Below are positions 12,723-26,537 of a stretch of 64,000 bases of DNA, in pieces. The position numbers and the translations under genes are program-made. How positions within the stretch are numbered: position 1 is the first letter of the stretch; each line of letters opens with the position of its first letter. The stretch is from Blepharisma stoltei ATCC 30299 (lineage: Eukaryota; Protista; Ciliophora). The stretch spans positions 1 through 64,000 of the forward strand of contig CBFDEM010000062.1 of assembly GCA_965603825.1 (NCBI GenBank), given 5' to 3'. The notes under the pieces are model-generated. The model was not told where the DNA came from. It did no database searches and saw nothing but the letters and a program-made list of their open reading frames with translations.

Positions 12723-13778
12723 GTGTCTATCAAAGAAAAAGTATGACTAAGTCTAGAAGTAAAACAAATGTTAGAGCAAAAGTCATGCACCATATTATTT
12801 TCATATAATCTGAAAATTCTTGCTAAGAGGTTCGTTATCCCTGCTAAAAATTCAGAGCTATTTGTATTAATTTCTTAAAACTATAATTAAAAAATATAAT
12901 TGACATGCAATTAGCTTTAGTAAATGCGCTTTTTATATTATTGTAGTAAATCCAAAGAATTATTTCCTATACGAGAGATATAAAATTGTAACTCAATAGA
13001 AATCTTACTTATTATTAATATATAATTTTAATTCATATTTTCAATAACCCTTAAATGTAATTATTCAGAAATTAAAAATAAGAGGAACCTAGGAAAGCAA
13101 GAGAAAGGATTAAACTCATTTTATAGCAAATAGAAAATGATAAAAAATTCAAAATTTAGCTATAAACAATAGCTAAAGCTTTACATTAGTGCGCATATGC
13201 CGATCTATGATATAGCAGTCACGCATATTCAATTAAGTACATTCAAATTGTCCAATAATAGGCCATAATTTGGATTGCGGATAAATTTAGATTAATCTAA
13301 TTAAAATAAGCTATGAAAGTTTTGGTATAGGAAGTTTCTAAACGCTTATAAAATTATTATAATAAAATTTAAAAAATCATGGATTATATTCTTTTATGAG
13401 GAATAAAAGTAAATTGCTAAAATATCACTTTTAAAATCAAATCTCAGTCTATATCGTAGTTATATCCTGGCTTAAAACATCGCTTTATGGCATTTTTATA
13501 ATTTTATAAATTTTATTTGTCTCCTCCTCTTAAAATGCAACATTATTAAAAGTTTATATCCTATTTCATTTAAGGTTTGGACTAAGGACATCGAGATCAA
13601 AGTTTCTCTATAATACTTTCATACTTTCTAAACTGAAAAAATTGAAAAATTGAGTTTTGAATTAAATATAGCAGAGATTTAACAGTTTTGAATTTAGTTT
13701 CTATTTATTATGCTACACAAATTGACAGGATTAATCATTATATTTTCATAAACTTTTAAGAATTAAAGAAACTTAATT

Positions 13779-16700
13779 CTATAAATCGCTGATGCTATAT
13801 CGGTACTGCTTATCAATCGATAGCAAGCTGATACTAACCAAGCGTCTTCTCTTTCTTCTCTTTTTAATAGCAATAATCAATGCCACAACTACTAAAGTGA
13901 TTCCTCCAATAATAGAAACCCATACATATCATCTCGAATACCAGTCTAAATGCGAGCTTGTTTTTTCTTCCCCTTTACTTTTACCCCATTGCAAGCCAAA
14001 TTTTCCAACAGCTTCTTGCGACCCTGATTCGTCAATATACCCCACCAATTTTAAGGTTTTAGCAGAAAATCCTTCAATAGGTGCAAAAGTTGCAATAGGG
14101 CTAAGTCTGATTTCTCCAAGGATAATGCTGTATTGAATCGAGTTTGTGTATTGAAGCAGTAATATAAATCTTAAGGAAACCGCTGTTTCTTGCGTGACAA
14201 ATATTTTTAATTGACCAAAATAGTTTAAATCTGTGCCAATAGGAATATCTGTATAAACACAGTTATCAAACGACTCGCTGTAATTGAGAACTCTGATTCA
14301 TAAGAATGTCGAGTTACTTATAGGGTATAAAGCTAATGTTTGAGGTTCATAGACATAAAGCGAATACATCCATTCATTAGTTTCATCGGCAAGCTGAGGA
14401 AACTCACTTTTCGCTATAAGTCCTGCGTCACAAATATTTATCAATAAAGCCTTTCCATTATTTTCTGTAGCAAGTATTGTTTTTTGGTCAGATAAGAGAG
14501 CAGCTGAGGTATAATAAGATTTATCATCGATAAAACGAGAAGGGAACGTGTATTGACCATAAAGCTCATAAGAAATTTTGTTGCGATTACTTATAGACGC
14601 CTTAATCCATAGGAACCCACTGCTAATATCAGATAATATTATATCAGTTTGATTCAAATACATAATTGAATTAATTTGTAACATACTTACGCCAATTTCT
14701 TCAGAATTTATATTAGAAATTCAGACAAGAGTGTAAGTGCTATTGGCAGGCTGAAGCTCATATATATCGATGCATTGCAGATTGTAAACATAAATTAAGG
14801 GGCATGGCTGCTGATCGGCTACTTCAATTGAGGCCGCCAAATAGGTTTGAGGAACCAGGGTACTATTTGGTAGATCATTTAAGTTTATTACAAATAAGTA
14901 AATGGTTGGATACATTGAGTTTTGAGCAGGATATACATAACAGGAGGCTATCAATATGCCCTGAATGGGTGTTGTATAGATTTTATAGCAGTTTGTTAAA
15001 AAGGCTTCTCTTATTTGGCTAAGGTTGTAAATGTTTTTAAGGCTATATGGATATGCGCTAAGATTATACTCAAAGATTTCATTAGAGCCTGATACATAAA
15101 AGGTATTTTCAAACGCACAAGAATCATAAGAAGAATGATTCTGTCATATAGCCTCATTAAGATTATACTTGCTGGCAATACAAATAGGGCTCACTGCACT
15201 GCAGTCTTGCTCATCCATCATCAAGTCATCTTTTTTAGTATCAAATACGCCAAACTTTATATTATTTCCTTTTACTGCTTGTAGAGGCACATTCTCAGTT
15301 ATTTGAGTTTTAAGTACCTCTATTGTATTCCCAGACGTCAAATTTGAGCTCGATAAATCGAAATCTGCATTAGCTAGAACCACAGTTCCCCTGGGTACAA
15401 GATCTATAGAAATTATAGTTGTCTTGTTACGATATCCATTTTCTGCAGTTAGCATAAAGTCAAAAGTCTGCTCTTCGGTCACAGGTGACGTAAAATTGAA
15501 TTCTATTTTTGCCCAAACCACTTCTGTCTGTGAATAGCTTGGCAACAGACTTGAGCTTGAAGGTGGCATAAAGTTATCTACTGACTGGGCAAGAACATAA
15601 GTCTGTAAAGACTCTCCTTCGTAGACATATAGAAGCGCTATAGAGTTTGAATAGAATATGCAAGCTGACCCGACCCTTGAGATCGGAACAGCCGCATACA
15701 AATTTTCGAATGTAAAATCAAAAGAATCAAAAATCATAATTTGGTTTGACTTGATATTTTCGCATAAAACAGCTACAAAGCGATAGTCAGCAGAAATTGA
15801 AGTATAAATGCACTCAGGGAAAATAGGCAAATACTCAAGGCCTGATATAGTATAATGAAAAGGTATTTCAGCAGCAACAAAACTATTTGATGCTTCTGAT
15901 TGTGGAGAAATGATATATATTTTATTGTTAGCATAAGTAATTTTTGTGTAAATATCTTTAACTGATCCAGCGATGCCTAGTACAGTAACTTGATAAGGAG
16001 CTTGGAAACTTGTAAGATTCATCCATATTAAACCAGCATCAAAATCATATGCATACAAACTCCAGCAGCTTCCTGGATATATTGTAGCAATATCAATTGG
16101 CATAAATTGTGGAATGCCTATAATTGAATTTGTGTTTATAGAAGGAAGAGCTGTTAAAGTGGTATCTGTGGCGTTTAAAGAATATATTTCAACCTGATCC
16201 CCTCTTAATGCTGCAATGTTTCACATGCATAATGATATAATTTTAGCTGAGTTCAGAATTTGGAATCATTTGTGAGTTCTTAGGTATTTATATTCATAGC
16301 TTGTTTCGAAAGTATAAATGTCTCAGTCAACGTCATAAACTCCTGTGCTTGGGTCTTGAAAAATGCATTCAATAATAAGATATCTGATATAATATACAAA
16401 AGTCACACCATTGCTGCTTGTCATTGAAGAATTTGTGCATGAAATTTGATGGCTTAGTGTGGGAATCCCATTATTATCAAAAGAAAATACATATGACTCT
16501 GCAGAATCTGTTGGAATTGCAACCAAAAGCTGAATAAAGTTGTTTTCACTCATTATAAGCACAGGAGAAAATGATAGTTTTGGCGTCACACTGATAGACG
16601 AAGCTAGTAAATATTTTGGAGGATTAATTACTGTGATATTGCCACTATCAGTCTGCTGGAAAGGAGATAAGGAATAGCTGATATTTTGCCCAGAAAAGTA

Positions 16701-18221
16701 GTTTGACAGAGGCAAATAGAGTTCGCCACTATTTTCTTCAATTCTTATACTGGCATATAGATTTATTTGATAAGGCTGCTGATAGCCGTTCCCTAAGTAT
16801 AAGCCTCTTCAATTGTAAATTTCCATAGAGGTTGGGTCTGTCGCATAAATGGTTACTGGGACTATTATTTCATCTTTGCTATTGGATACTTTAAGATTTC
16901 CTACAAAGGTATAGTTATTGTTTATGGCAACTGTGGTCATAGCTGGCAAATTATACTGATATACATACAAGTAATTTGGGGTGCTAAAAATAAAGAACGG
17001 CAAGCCATCAATTCATGTATAAGGAGGAGTTTCGCATAGTAAAGCCTCAGTTCCAAATAAATTGGTTGTATATTCAGATAAAGCTAAATGCCCATAATAA
17101 GTTTCAGTTGGATTGTAAATTCTAAAGTTCGTGCTAATATTTGAAGTAAAATAGCCACTAATACGATTTCATACACTTTCAAGCCTTGATAGTCCTTCTA
17201 ATTCTAGATTTTCATATTTTTCTAAATCTCGGTCATACTCCTGTGCAAAGGTCATATCTGGGACTTTATAATCTACAATCCCTTGGCTTGTCCCGACAAA
17301 CAAATTCTGACTGTTACATGTGCAAGAATAAATTTCCCCGAGGCTCAGTGGGATCCTCAATAATAAGTTGACATTAAAAGTCATGATGGCTTCTGAAAAA
17401 AAATTACCAAGATTTAGGGCAAAAACCCCGTTTTCTGCATCACAAATATACCCATTAAGGCTGTCGTAATAAAAATATATTGGTGAAAATGAGTTTGCTT
17501 GCAGTGAAGTACTATTAAAAATGTAGTAAATTGACGCTGTGCTGTTTTGCGGGTTAAATTTAATGACATAAATCTGAGATTTTACCAAAATAAAAGTGAA
17601 AATATCGTTAAATATAGGATAGACTGAAAATCCAGTTAATTCCATATCTGTTTCAATAGTAATTTGAAGCCCAGCCACCAGAGAAACCTTATAAGGCTCA
17701 GTTTCGTTATAAAAAGAAACCAAATATCCATTAGAAATATTTTGCAAAATCATAAATCCAGAGTTAACAGAATCATAAATTTGGTAGAATCCAAGAAGTT
17801 TTCCTCCTGAAATAGCTTGGGCACTAAGCAGTTTTATTGACATTAAGTCTGAAATATCTCAAAAAGAAAGCAGCTGGCCTTCCAAAGTGTAAATAATATT
17901 TCGGTAGACAGCATTCTGTTGAATTAATTGAAAATTATTTGGTGGAAGGTTTGAGGCTGCTTTTTGAAAAGAAGAATAAAGAGTCATCCTTTGTGAAATG
18001 CTGGGAATTGGAGATTGCAAGTTGTTTAGGTAGCTTCCTGATAATTCATATGTTAGATTTGGCCCTGCGAAAAAATAATCAAGAAGCAGATACTCATTAG
18101 AGTTTTGAGAGACCCTGATTTCTGATAAATCATTTAGCTGGACGATTGTGCCGCATGAAGAGAGAAAGAAAGTAAGAAAAAAGAAGAAAAAGGTGAAATG
18201 AGAGTGGGAGCACTTTTCCAT
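13779..18221 (-). CDS. 1480-aa type I membrane/surface protein of unknown function
   Basis: Seven listed ORFs share one frame and each ends in TGA; the gaps I translated are open. N-terminal hydrophobic signal, beta-rich N/S/T/Y ectodomain, C-terminal TM (WVSIIGGITLVVVALIIAI) followed by KKRRKRRR; ends TAG. Confidence 0.88.
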
Positions 18222-18848
18222 TTATAGAAGAAGGCATAAGCTCTCAAATATTTATATCAGCTATATGTTTTTGCTTATAAATTAAGAAGATTAAATTCTT
18301 GGAGACTAAAATGGGTTGTATTTCTAAGTCTTATAGCCTGCTGCATAAGTAACGGAATTTTCCAATGACTGCAGAAAATCTTATTTAATTGCCTAATTGG
18401 ATAATTGAACACTTCTTTAAGCAAAACATAAAGTCATTTTTTATTAAAAAATCAAAATATCCCTTTTTTAAGAAAATCTCTAAACCAATTTCTCCAAGAT
18501 CTAGCCTGATCTTTAAATTTTGATCTCCTCTTTTCTTCAATGAGCCACTACACATATAAATCAGAAAGGTGCCGAACGATCCTTTTTCTCAACTCCCCTT
18601 AGTGGATCCCGTATGAGCGATGTGCATCTTGAAGTATGAGAAAGCTCTCGGTTGATGATTCAGACCTATTTTGGTTAATTTGGCAAAGTGGTAATGATAG
18701 GCTAATTAGCGAAGTAGTCTATTTCCTTCAATAAAAAAATTCCAATTACCTCTCCCTAAAATTTTGTGAATTTTTTCTTAACTGGCCTTCACACAAATGC
18801 TGCGAATTTCCATATTGCTGTACAGTTGTCGAAAGAATTATTAATTAT

Positions 18849-20330
18849 ATGAGTGCTAGATTAATAGACACCAAATACGACGGACTTACAACTTTTTCAA
18901 CCTGGCTCTTTGGCGTAGGTCACGTTATGAACGATCTCTGTGCAGCCGTCTGATTTAACTATTTGCTCTATTATCTAGCTGATGTACAAAGAGTAGACAG
19001 CGCAACCGCAGGAGCTGTCATGCTCGCTGGACAACTGGCAGACGGCATATCCACCCCTTTAGTTGGACTATACTCTGACCGCTTCGTGACAAAAATCGGA
19101 AAAAGAAAGCCCTGGTATATTTTTGGCACAATTTTGGTCCCAATTTGCTTTTTCTGAGTCTTTGAAGAGTGCTTTCCCTGTACAAACCTTTCTGGAGCCG
19201 CAGATTTAGCGGTTTCTATGATTTGATACTGCGCTTGGGCTGCGTTTTTTAATGTAGGCTGGGCTGCTATACAAATCTCCCATTTAGCGCTAATTCCTCA
19301 ACTAAGTCCCTTAAAAGAGACCAAGGACAAGCTGATTGGGATTAGGACAGGGTTCACTTATATAGCAAATATCGCGGTACTGCTTATTGCGTTGCTGCTT
19401 TTTAAGACAATTTCAAGGCCAGTTTTACAATTTACGGTGCTTACTTTAATTGTGCTAATAGGAGGCGGCATTATTAATGTGATGTTTATTCTATTTATAA
19501 ACGAGGTGGAATTATCAAGAATAGCTGGGGCTAGCTACCTTCAGTTGGGCTCTTTGTTGAGCCAAAACGGAGCTCGAAATCAGGAAGAGCAGGCTACTAA
19601 GTCTGAGGACGTTCAAACAATTGAAGTAGAAGACTCTCCAGCTATGGAGGAAAAAAAGATGACGTGGAGAGACTGGCTTAAAGATACACAAATTTATCCC
19701 GTTGGATTGTGCTATATGATGGCGAGGCTTGCAAATAATGTTTCAACTGCGATGATGCCGTTTTATCTGACCGCAGTGCTGGGAATGGGAGGGGTTCACA
19801 CAATAGAGCAAGCTTCTAAGAAAACTCCGTGGGAATTGGCATTAATTCCTTTATGTATGTATATAGGAAGTGTTTCAATGTCATTTTACATCAAAGCAAT
19901 CACAAATTACGTCTCGAGAAAAATCCAGTTTTTTATTGGAACTGTTTGTGTGGTTATTGGATCTATTCCTATGCTGTTTTTAGAGCATTCCGAACAATAT
20001 GTAATGGTTCCTTTATCAATTGTATTAGGGATTGGGTTCACTTTTGAACTAAATAATTCGCAAAGCTTTATTGCTGCCTTTGTCGGAGCTCAAGGCACAA
20101 CGGGCGCCTTTGTATGGGGAATTATCAGCTTATTTGATAAGTTCTCTTCAGGTATTGCATTATTTTTATTAACAAATTTAGGAAGTCTTGACGATAAAGA
20201 GTATATAAGAATCACAGTTACAGGACTCCCATTAGTTGCTTCAATCGCAGGCACCCTTATTCTTTTCTTTATCAAACCGCAACAAGAGTTTTCTAAGGTA
20301 GACGCAGACAAGAATAAGGAATTAGAATAA
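18849..20330 (+). CDS. MFS transporter, GPH/MFS_2 family (MFSD12-like)
   Basis: GVGHVMNDLCAAV(W)FNYLLYYL, GQLADGISTPLVG, GKRKPW and multiple TM segments. Confidence 0.9.
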
Positions 20331-21155
20331 ATTCAACATAATTATAAATTATTCGAAATAAAAAATAAGCATCCATCAGCTTTAAGCAAAAAATTTCTCC
20401 ATGCTACATAAAACTGATAATGAGCTATAAAATAATTTTTTATTGATTTTTAGGCTTATTTATTACTTGAAAATTCTTCAAATTTTATAGTAACTCCTTT
20501 ATCACTTTTAGGGTTAAAATATAAAATCTTGCCTTCTTCAAAGCTCAAGTCTCAGCTGACATATTTACGGAAGAATTAGTAGCTTACCTCATAATTCTCT
20601 ATTGGATCCTATTACTTTTATTAACAAATTAAAAATTTTTCGAGATAAAGATTGAAAAAAATTGCAGTTTATATTTTCTTTGGCTGCTTTAATTGCTTTA
20701 TAAAGCTACAGTAAGTTTTTTAAACAAATTCTGATAAGAATAGTTTCATTTTGCGATTAACGGTAGTCATGAGTGTTCCAAGAAGTTGTGGTCATTGTGC
20801 AATTTTAGTTGGTTTCTGGAAGAGCTCAAATCTCGTTCTTATTGATTTTTAATATTAGATTCTTGGAAGAGAGCACCTTCTGCAGGATCTTCTTGAAAAG
20901 GTTGTGCTGGAGGAAAAAGTACCTCTCAAGGCGAGGATAGGAAAGCCTTCAGGGTTCATCAGACCCAAAGCCAAGATTTGTTCAACTTAACACCCAATCC
21001 ACTCTATATGGAGAGTCTATCTTCTCTAATTATAATTTTATTTCTCTATAATAATAAAGAGTTCAACAAAATAGGCTTATTTAATATAAAAATAAAAAAA
21101 TTAGAAGTTATGAAATCTGATAGTTCTATATTTATTATAATTTTGCAAATTTAAA

Positions 21156-23507
21156 ATGGAGTTTCAAGGGCCGGTCCTATCATCACGAGAACTAGAAGAT
21201 TTGAATCAGTCAACAGGAATCGACGATAGAAAAATAGTTTACCAACCAATAAGGCTAAAAAAACTGTATGAAGAATCCAATGAAGGTGAACTCAGGCAAG
21301 CTAAATTATTAACAGCTAATGGAATTGAACCTATAGGAATTGGTAGCTCGTTTAAAAGCAATATTTTGTCGAGTTTATTAAATAAAGAAAATGAGACAAA
21401 ATTTTTAATTTTTATTTCCATGTATAACGAAGATCTCTCAATGCTCGAAAAAACGCTATCAGGGATTATGCGAAATTTCAAACATTTCAAAAATGTTGGA
21501 GTAGAGCCTGCTAATATTGCGTGTGTAGTTATATCAGATGGAATGAAAGCCTTTTACTCCAAACATAAAAATGCTAACAATCACGGAGAAAATAGTCCAC
21601 AGTCTAAAAGCAAATTTTTTAATTTTGAAGAAATAAAAAGAGCATTTCCGCTAGCTTATGATGACCTATCGAATTGCAGATTTGCAGGCCAAACCAATGA
21701 TGATGAGTTTGCACATACATTTACGCAAAACTTTGTATTCCCTGAAAATCCAGATGAAGAACTCCAATTAATATTTTGCATAAAGCAAGAAAACAGGCGA
21801 AAATTAAATTCGCATTTTTGGTTCCTGCATGGCTTCTGTAAAATGATTGATCCTAAATTTGTCCAGTTTTTAGATGTTGGCACTATTCCTAATGAAAATG
21901 CTTTAGTATATTTATATCAAGCATTACTAAATGATGAAAGAATAGCAGGCTGCTGTGGGGAAATTGCACCTATTTATACAGGGTGGAAAAATTTAGTAGT
22001 AAATGCGCAGATTGTGGAGTATAAGTTTTCACATACATTTGAAAAGAGCTTTGAAAGCATTTTTGGGTATGTTTCGGTGCTTCCAGGGGCGTTTAGTGCT
22101 TATAGATGGGAAGCTTTACAAGGTCCGCCAATAGAAGAGGATTATTTTAAACCAATTTTGAAACCTGAACTAATGAACCCTTACGAATCAAATGTATATT
22201 TGGCTGAGGATAGGGTTTTGTGTCTTTCTTTAGTATCCAAGAAAGTTCCAAAACCTAAAAAAAGCTATTTGCTTAGATATATCAAAAGATCAGTAGCTGA
22301 AACTGATGCTCCAGATACATTAGGAGATCTGATTTCTCAGAGAAGAAGGTGAATTAATGGCTCATGATTTGCTCTGCTGCACTTCTTCAGTAGTTTTGAA
22401 AAGATTTTCCTGTCAAATCATCACTGGTTTAGAAAATTCATTTTCTTTCTTCAACTACTATATTTTGGTGTCACAACTGTTTTTCAGTGGTTTCTTATTG
22501 GCTCTTTCTTCCTTATTTTTGCATTTACAGTGAGAAATCTCCCAAACTCCTCGGAAAATAGTGAAAGTGATTTATTTACTGCACAAAACATAATATTAAT
22601 TATTTATTCTTCTATGCTCCTCATGACTCTATTAACTTCTCTTGGCACAAAACCTCAAAAGATTTCTGGATTGCTATACACTTTCACCTTTATTTATGGA
22701 ATTTATATGATATTTGAATTGGCTTTAGTAATAATGTATTTATATGACCACAATTTTTTCTTGAGCTGGGTGTGCATCTTAGCTATACAGACAGCTGCAG
22801 CCATGATAATAAATATAACTATCAATTGCTCATTTAAATCAATTTTCAGAGGGATCTTTCAGTACATCTTTTTAACGCCCACTTTTATAAATGTTTTTTT
22901 AATTCATGCAATGTGTAACTTGCATGACTGCACATGGGGGACAAGGCCAGACAATCCGACTGAAAAGGAAAAGGAAAATGAGGAGGATTTTAAAATTTTT
23001 AGGACTTACTGGCTAATGATTTGGGTATTTACAAATACAGGCTTTGCGTATGCCTTGAATTTTTTACATAAAAACAATAAAGGAGAAGGCTACGTGTATG
23101 CAATGGCGGCTGCTGGATTTTTTATTTTATTGGTGAGGTTTTTGGGAGGAATCGTATACATCATCCAAGAATGGTTTTACGATATAAAATCATTAAAATC
23201 CCCTATAAAAAAGAAAGAAAACAGCATTTTTAGCGCTGTTGCTGATGAAGAAAAGATAATAAAAATTGAGACAGAAAGTTTTGCGCTCTCATTTAAGGAT
23301 CGCCCATTAAATCAGAGCTCAAATTCTATAGTGAATAGGCCTGCTAGTTGCTTAAAAGCGTTTAGTGATGGAAATAACTCAGACCATGAGAAATCATTGG
23401 AGCTTTTTATTTCGAAAAGCTGCAATGTTGAAGAAGGGATTGATTTTGATAGCAAAATTAAAAAAATTAAGATTTATCAGTCTGGGATCATGTCAGACAG
23501 AGTCTAA
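21156..23507 (+). CDS. Chitin synthase, copy 1
   Basis: SMYNE, KLNSH, LDVGT, EYKFSH, VLPGAFSAYRW, YLAEDRVL, QRRR(TGA=W)INGS(W)F, then a TM region with HDCTWGTR. Confidence 0.96.
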
Positions 23508-24118
23508 ATGCAAGATATTTAATTAATTTTTTATTAATAGATAGTTATTTGATAAAATGTTGCTTTACTATCTATGATCCTCAATAATAGGTCACTCGTA
23601 AATAAAAGTATTGATACTAGCCGATTTTGAAAATTAGAATAGAAAATATTTTATTTATTACTGTGATTTATTTTTAGATTCTTCTTTTATATTCCTTGAA
23701 TGAATCGTATAAGAATTTGAGGTCTCAAAGTGTGCTAAATCAGTAATATGCTCAATTCTTGGGTTATAATTGAATTCAACTGGAAATTAAAATAAAAAAT
23801 ATAATTTATTAAGCTTAAACTTCTTCGTAGTATCAACGAACAGCTTCGAAAACTATTTTAGAATTAGAAGACCATTCCAGAATCTCTCATTTTGAATGAT
23901 TATTTATTATCAAATATGGGAAGGCACTTGCGATAAAGAGCTCAGAATAATCATAGTTTCAGGACTTGCTATACTGTTTGAGTTCTTGCTTTATTTGTAT
24001 AAAGTCATATTAAGAACAGCCTAATGTAACCACAGCACAAATAAAGAATCAAGATTGATTCCAAAATAACTATTTTATTCAAATCTTTCTACACTTATTA
24101 TAATTTTGCATATATAAA

Positions 24119-26479
24119 ATGGATATTTCAGAGCCAGAGCTATCGTCAATTGATTTAGAAGAAGTCAATCACTCTTTAGTAATTGATGATGGAAAAATAG
24201 TTTACCAGCCAATAAGGCTAAAAAAAGTATATGAGGAATCTAAAGAAGGCAGCTTAAAGCAAACTAAATTGAAAACGGCGAACGGTCTCGACCCAATTAG
24301 CCCAAATGACTCGTTTAAAAGCAATATTTTGTCGAGTTTATTAAATAAAGAAAATGAGACAAAATTTTTAATTTTTATTTCCATGTATAACGAAGATCTC
24401 TCAATGCTCGAAAAAACGCTATCAGGGATAATTTCAAACTTCAAATATCTTAAAAAGGTAAGAGTTGAGCCTATAAATCTTGCGTGTGTAGTTATAGCAG
24501 ATGGAATGAAAGCCTTTTACTCCAAACATAAAAATGCTAACAATCAGGGAGAAAATAGTTCACAGTCTAAAAGCAAATTTTTTAATTTTGAAGAAATAAA
24601 AAGAGCATTTCCGCTAGCTTATGATGACCTATCGAACTGCAGATTTGCAGGCCAAACCAATGATGATGAGTTTGCACATACATTTACGCAAAACTTTGTA
24701 TTCCCTGAAAATCCAGATGAAGAACTCCAATTAATATTTTGCATAAAGCAAGAAAACAGGCGAAAATTAAATTCGCATTTTTGGTTCCTGCATGGCTTCT
24801 GCAAAATGATTGATCCTAAATTTGTCCAGTTTTTAGATGTTGGCACTATTCCTAATGAAAATGCTTTAGTATATTTATATCAAGCATTACTAAATGATGA
24901 AAGAATAGCAGGCTGCTGTGGGGAAATCGTACCTATTTATACAGGGTGGAAAAATTTAGTAGTAAATGCGCAGATTGTGGAGTATAAGTTTTCACATACT
25001 TTTGAAAAGAGCTTTGAAAGCATTTTTGGGTATGTTTCGGTGCTTCCAGGGGCGTTTAGTGCTTATAGATGGGAAGCTTTACAAGGTCCGCCAATAGAAG
25101 AGGATTATTTTAAACCAATTTTGAAACCTGAACTAATGAACCCTTACGAATCAAATGTATATTTGGCTGAGGATAGGGTTTTGTGTCTTTCTTTAGTATC
25201 GAAAAAAATTGCGAAACCACAAAAAAGTTATTTATTAAGGTATATAAGAAGAGCTATTGCAGAAACTGATGCCCCGGATACTTTGGGAGGACTAATCTCT
25301 CAAAGACGAAGATGAATTAATGGTTCCTGGTTTGCAGTACTGCATTTCTTCAGTAGTTTTGAAAAGATTTTCCTATCAAATCACCATTGATTCAGAAAAT
25401 TCATATTCTTTCTTCAATTACTCTATTTTGGAGCAACCACTGTTTTCCAGTGGTTTCTTATAGGCTCTTTTTTCCTTGTATTCGCTTTTACAGTAAGAAA
25501 TATCCCTAACTCTTCACTAAACAGTGAGAGTGATTTATTTACCCCACAAAACGTAATAATAATAGTCTACATGTCTATTTTGCTAATGACCTTATTAACT
25601 TCTCTCGGCACAAGACCTCAAAAAATCCCTGGACTGTTATACACAATCACCACTATTTATGGAATTTATATGATTTTTATAATGGCTTTGGTTATAATGT
25701 ATTTGTATGATCACGATTTTTTCTCAACGTGAGTCTATATCTTATCTGTCCTTACAGCTGCTACTTTTATCATTAATATCGCCATTAATTGGTCATTTAA
25801 ATCAATTTTGAGAGGCATTATTCAATATATATTCTTAACCCCTACATATGTCAATGTTTTTCTTATGCATGCAATGTGCAACTTGCATGACTGCACATGG
25901 GGCACAAGACCTGATAATCCAACTGAACAAGAAAGAGAAAATGAAGAAGATTTTAAAATTTTCAGGACTTATTGGCTAATGATTTGGGTCTTCACAAATG
26001 CTGGCTTTGCCTATGCTTTGAACTTTTTAAATAAAAACAAGAAAGGAGAAGGCTACGTGTATGCAATGGCGGCGACTGGGTTTTTTATTTTACTGCTGAG
26101 ATTTTTAGGGGGGATTTTTTATATGATTCAAGAATGCTTTTATGATAGAAAAATATTAAAATTCCCTATAAAGAAAATTCAAAGCAAAGATAATAGCGCT
26201 GCTGATGAAGAAAAAATAATGAAAATCGAGACAGCAAGCTATGGGAACTCTTTTAAAGATCACTCATTAAGCCAAAGTTCAAGCCCTATTTTGAATAGGT
26301 CCGTATATTATGGAAAAGCATTAAGCGTAGGAAATAATTCAATGGTTGCAGATCATGAGCAATCATTAGATTTTATGTTGTCCAAAAGCTGCAATGATGT
26401 TGAAGAAGGAATTGGCTTTGCAGCTAAAATAAGAAATATGAAGCTTCGTCAATCAGGAATCATGGTAGATAAAGTCTAA
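24119..26479 (+). CDS. Chitin synthase, copy 2 (tandem paralog)
   Basis: Same motifs as copy 1, offset 2963 bp; QRRR(TGA)INGSW. Confidence 0.96.
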
Positions 26480-26537
26480 AATTTTTAATATTTTTAATCA
26501 ATTCAATTATGATAAATATAAAAATTAAATATTATAA

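Noticed and set aside
18545-18710. Relatively GC-rich intergenic patch with a small GGATC/GATCC stem, possible ncRNA
   Set aside because: No match to the snRNA, U3, SRP, RNase P/MRP or telomerase-template motifs I can recall. An Rfam/Infernal search would be needed.
20760-21000. GC-richer patch, possible gene remnant
   Set aside because: No convincing reading frame or motif.
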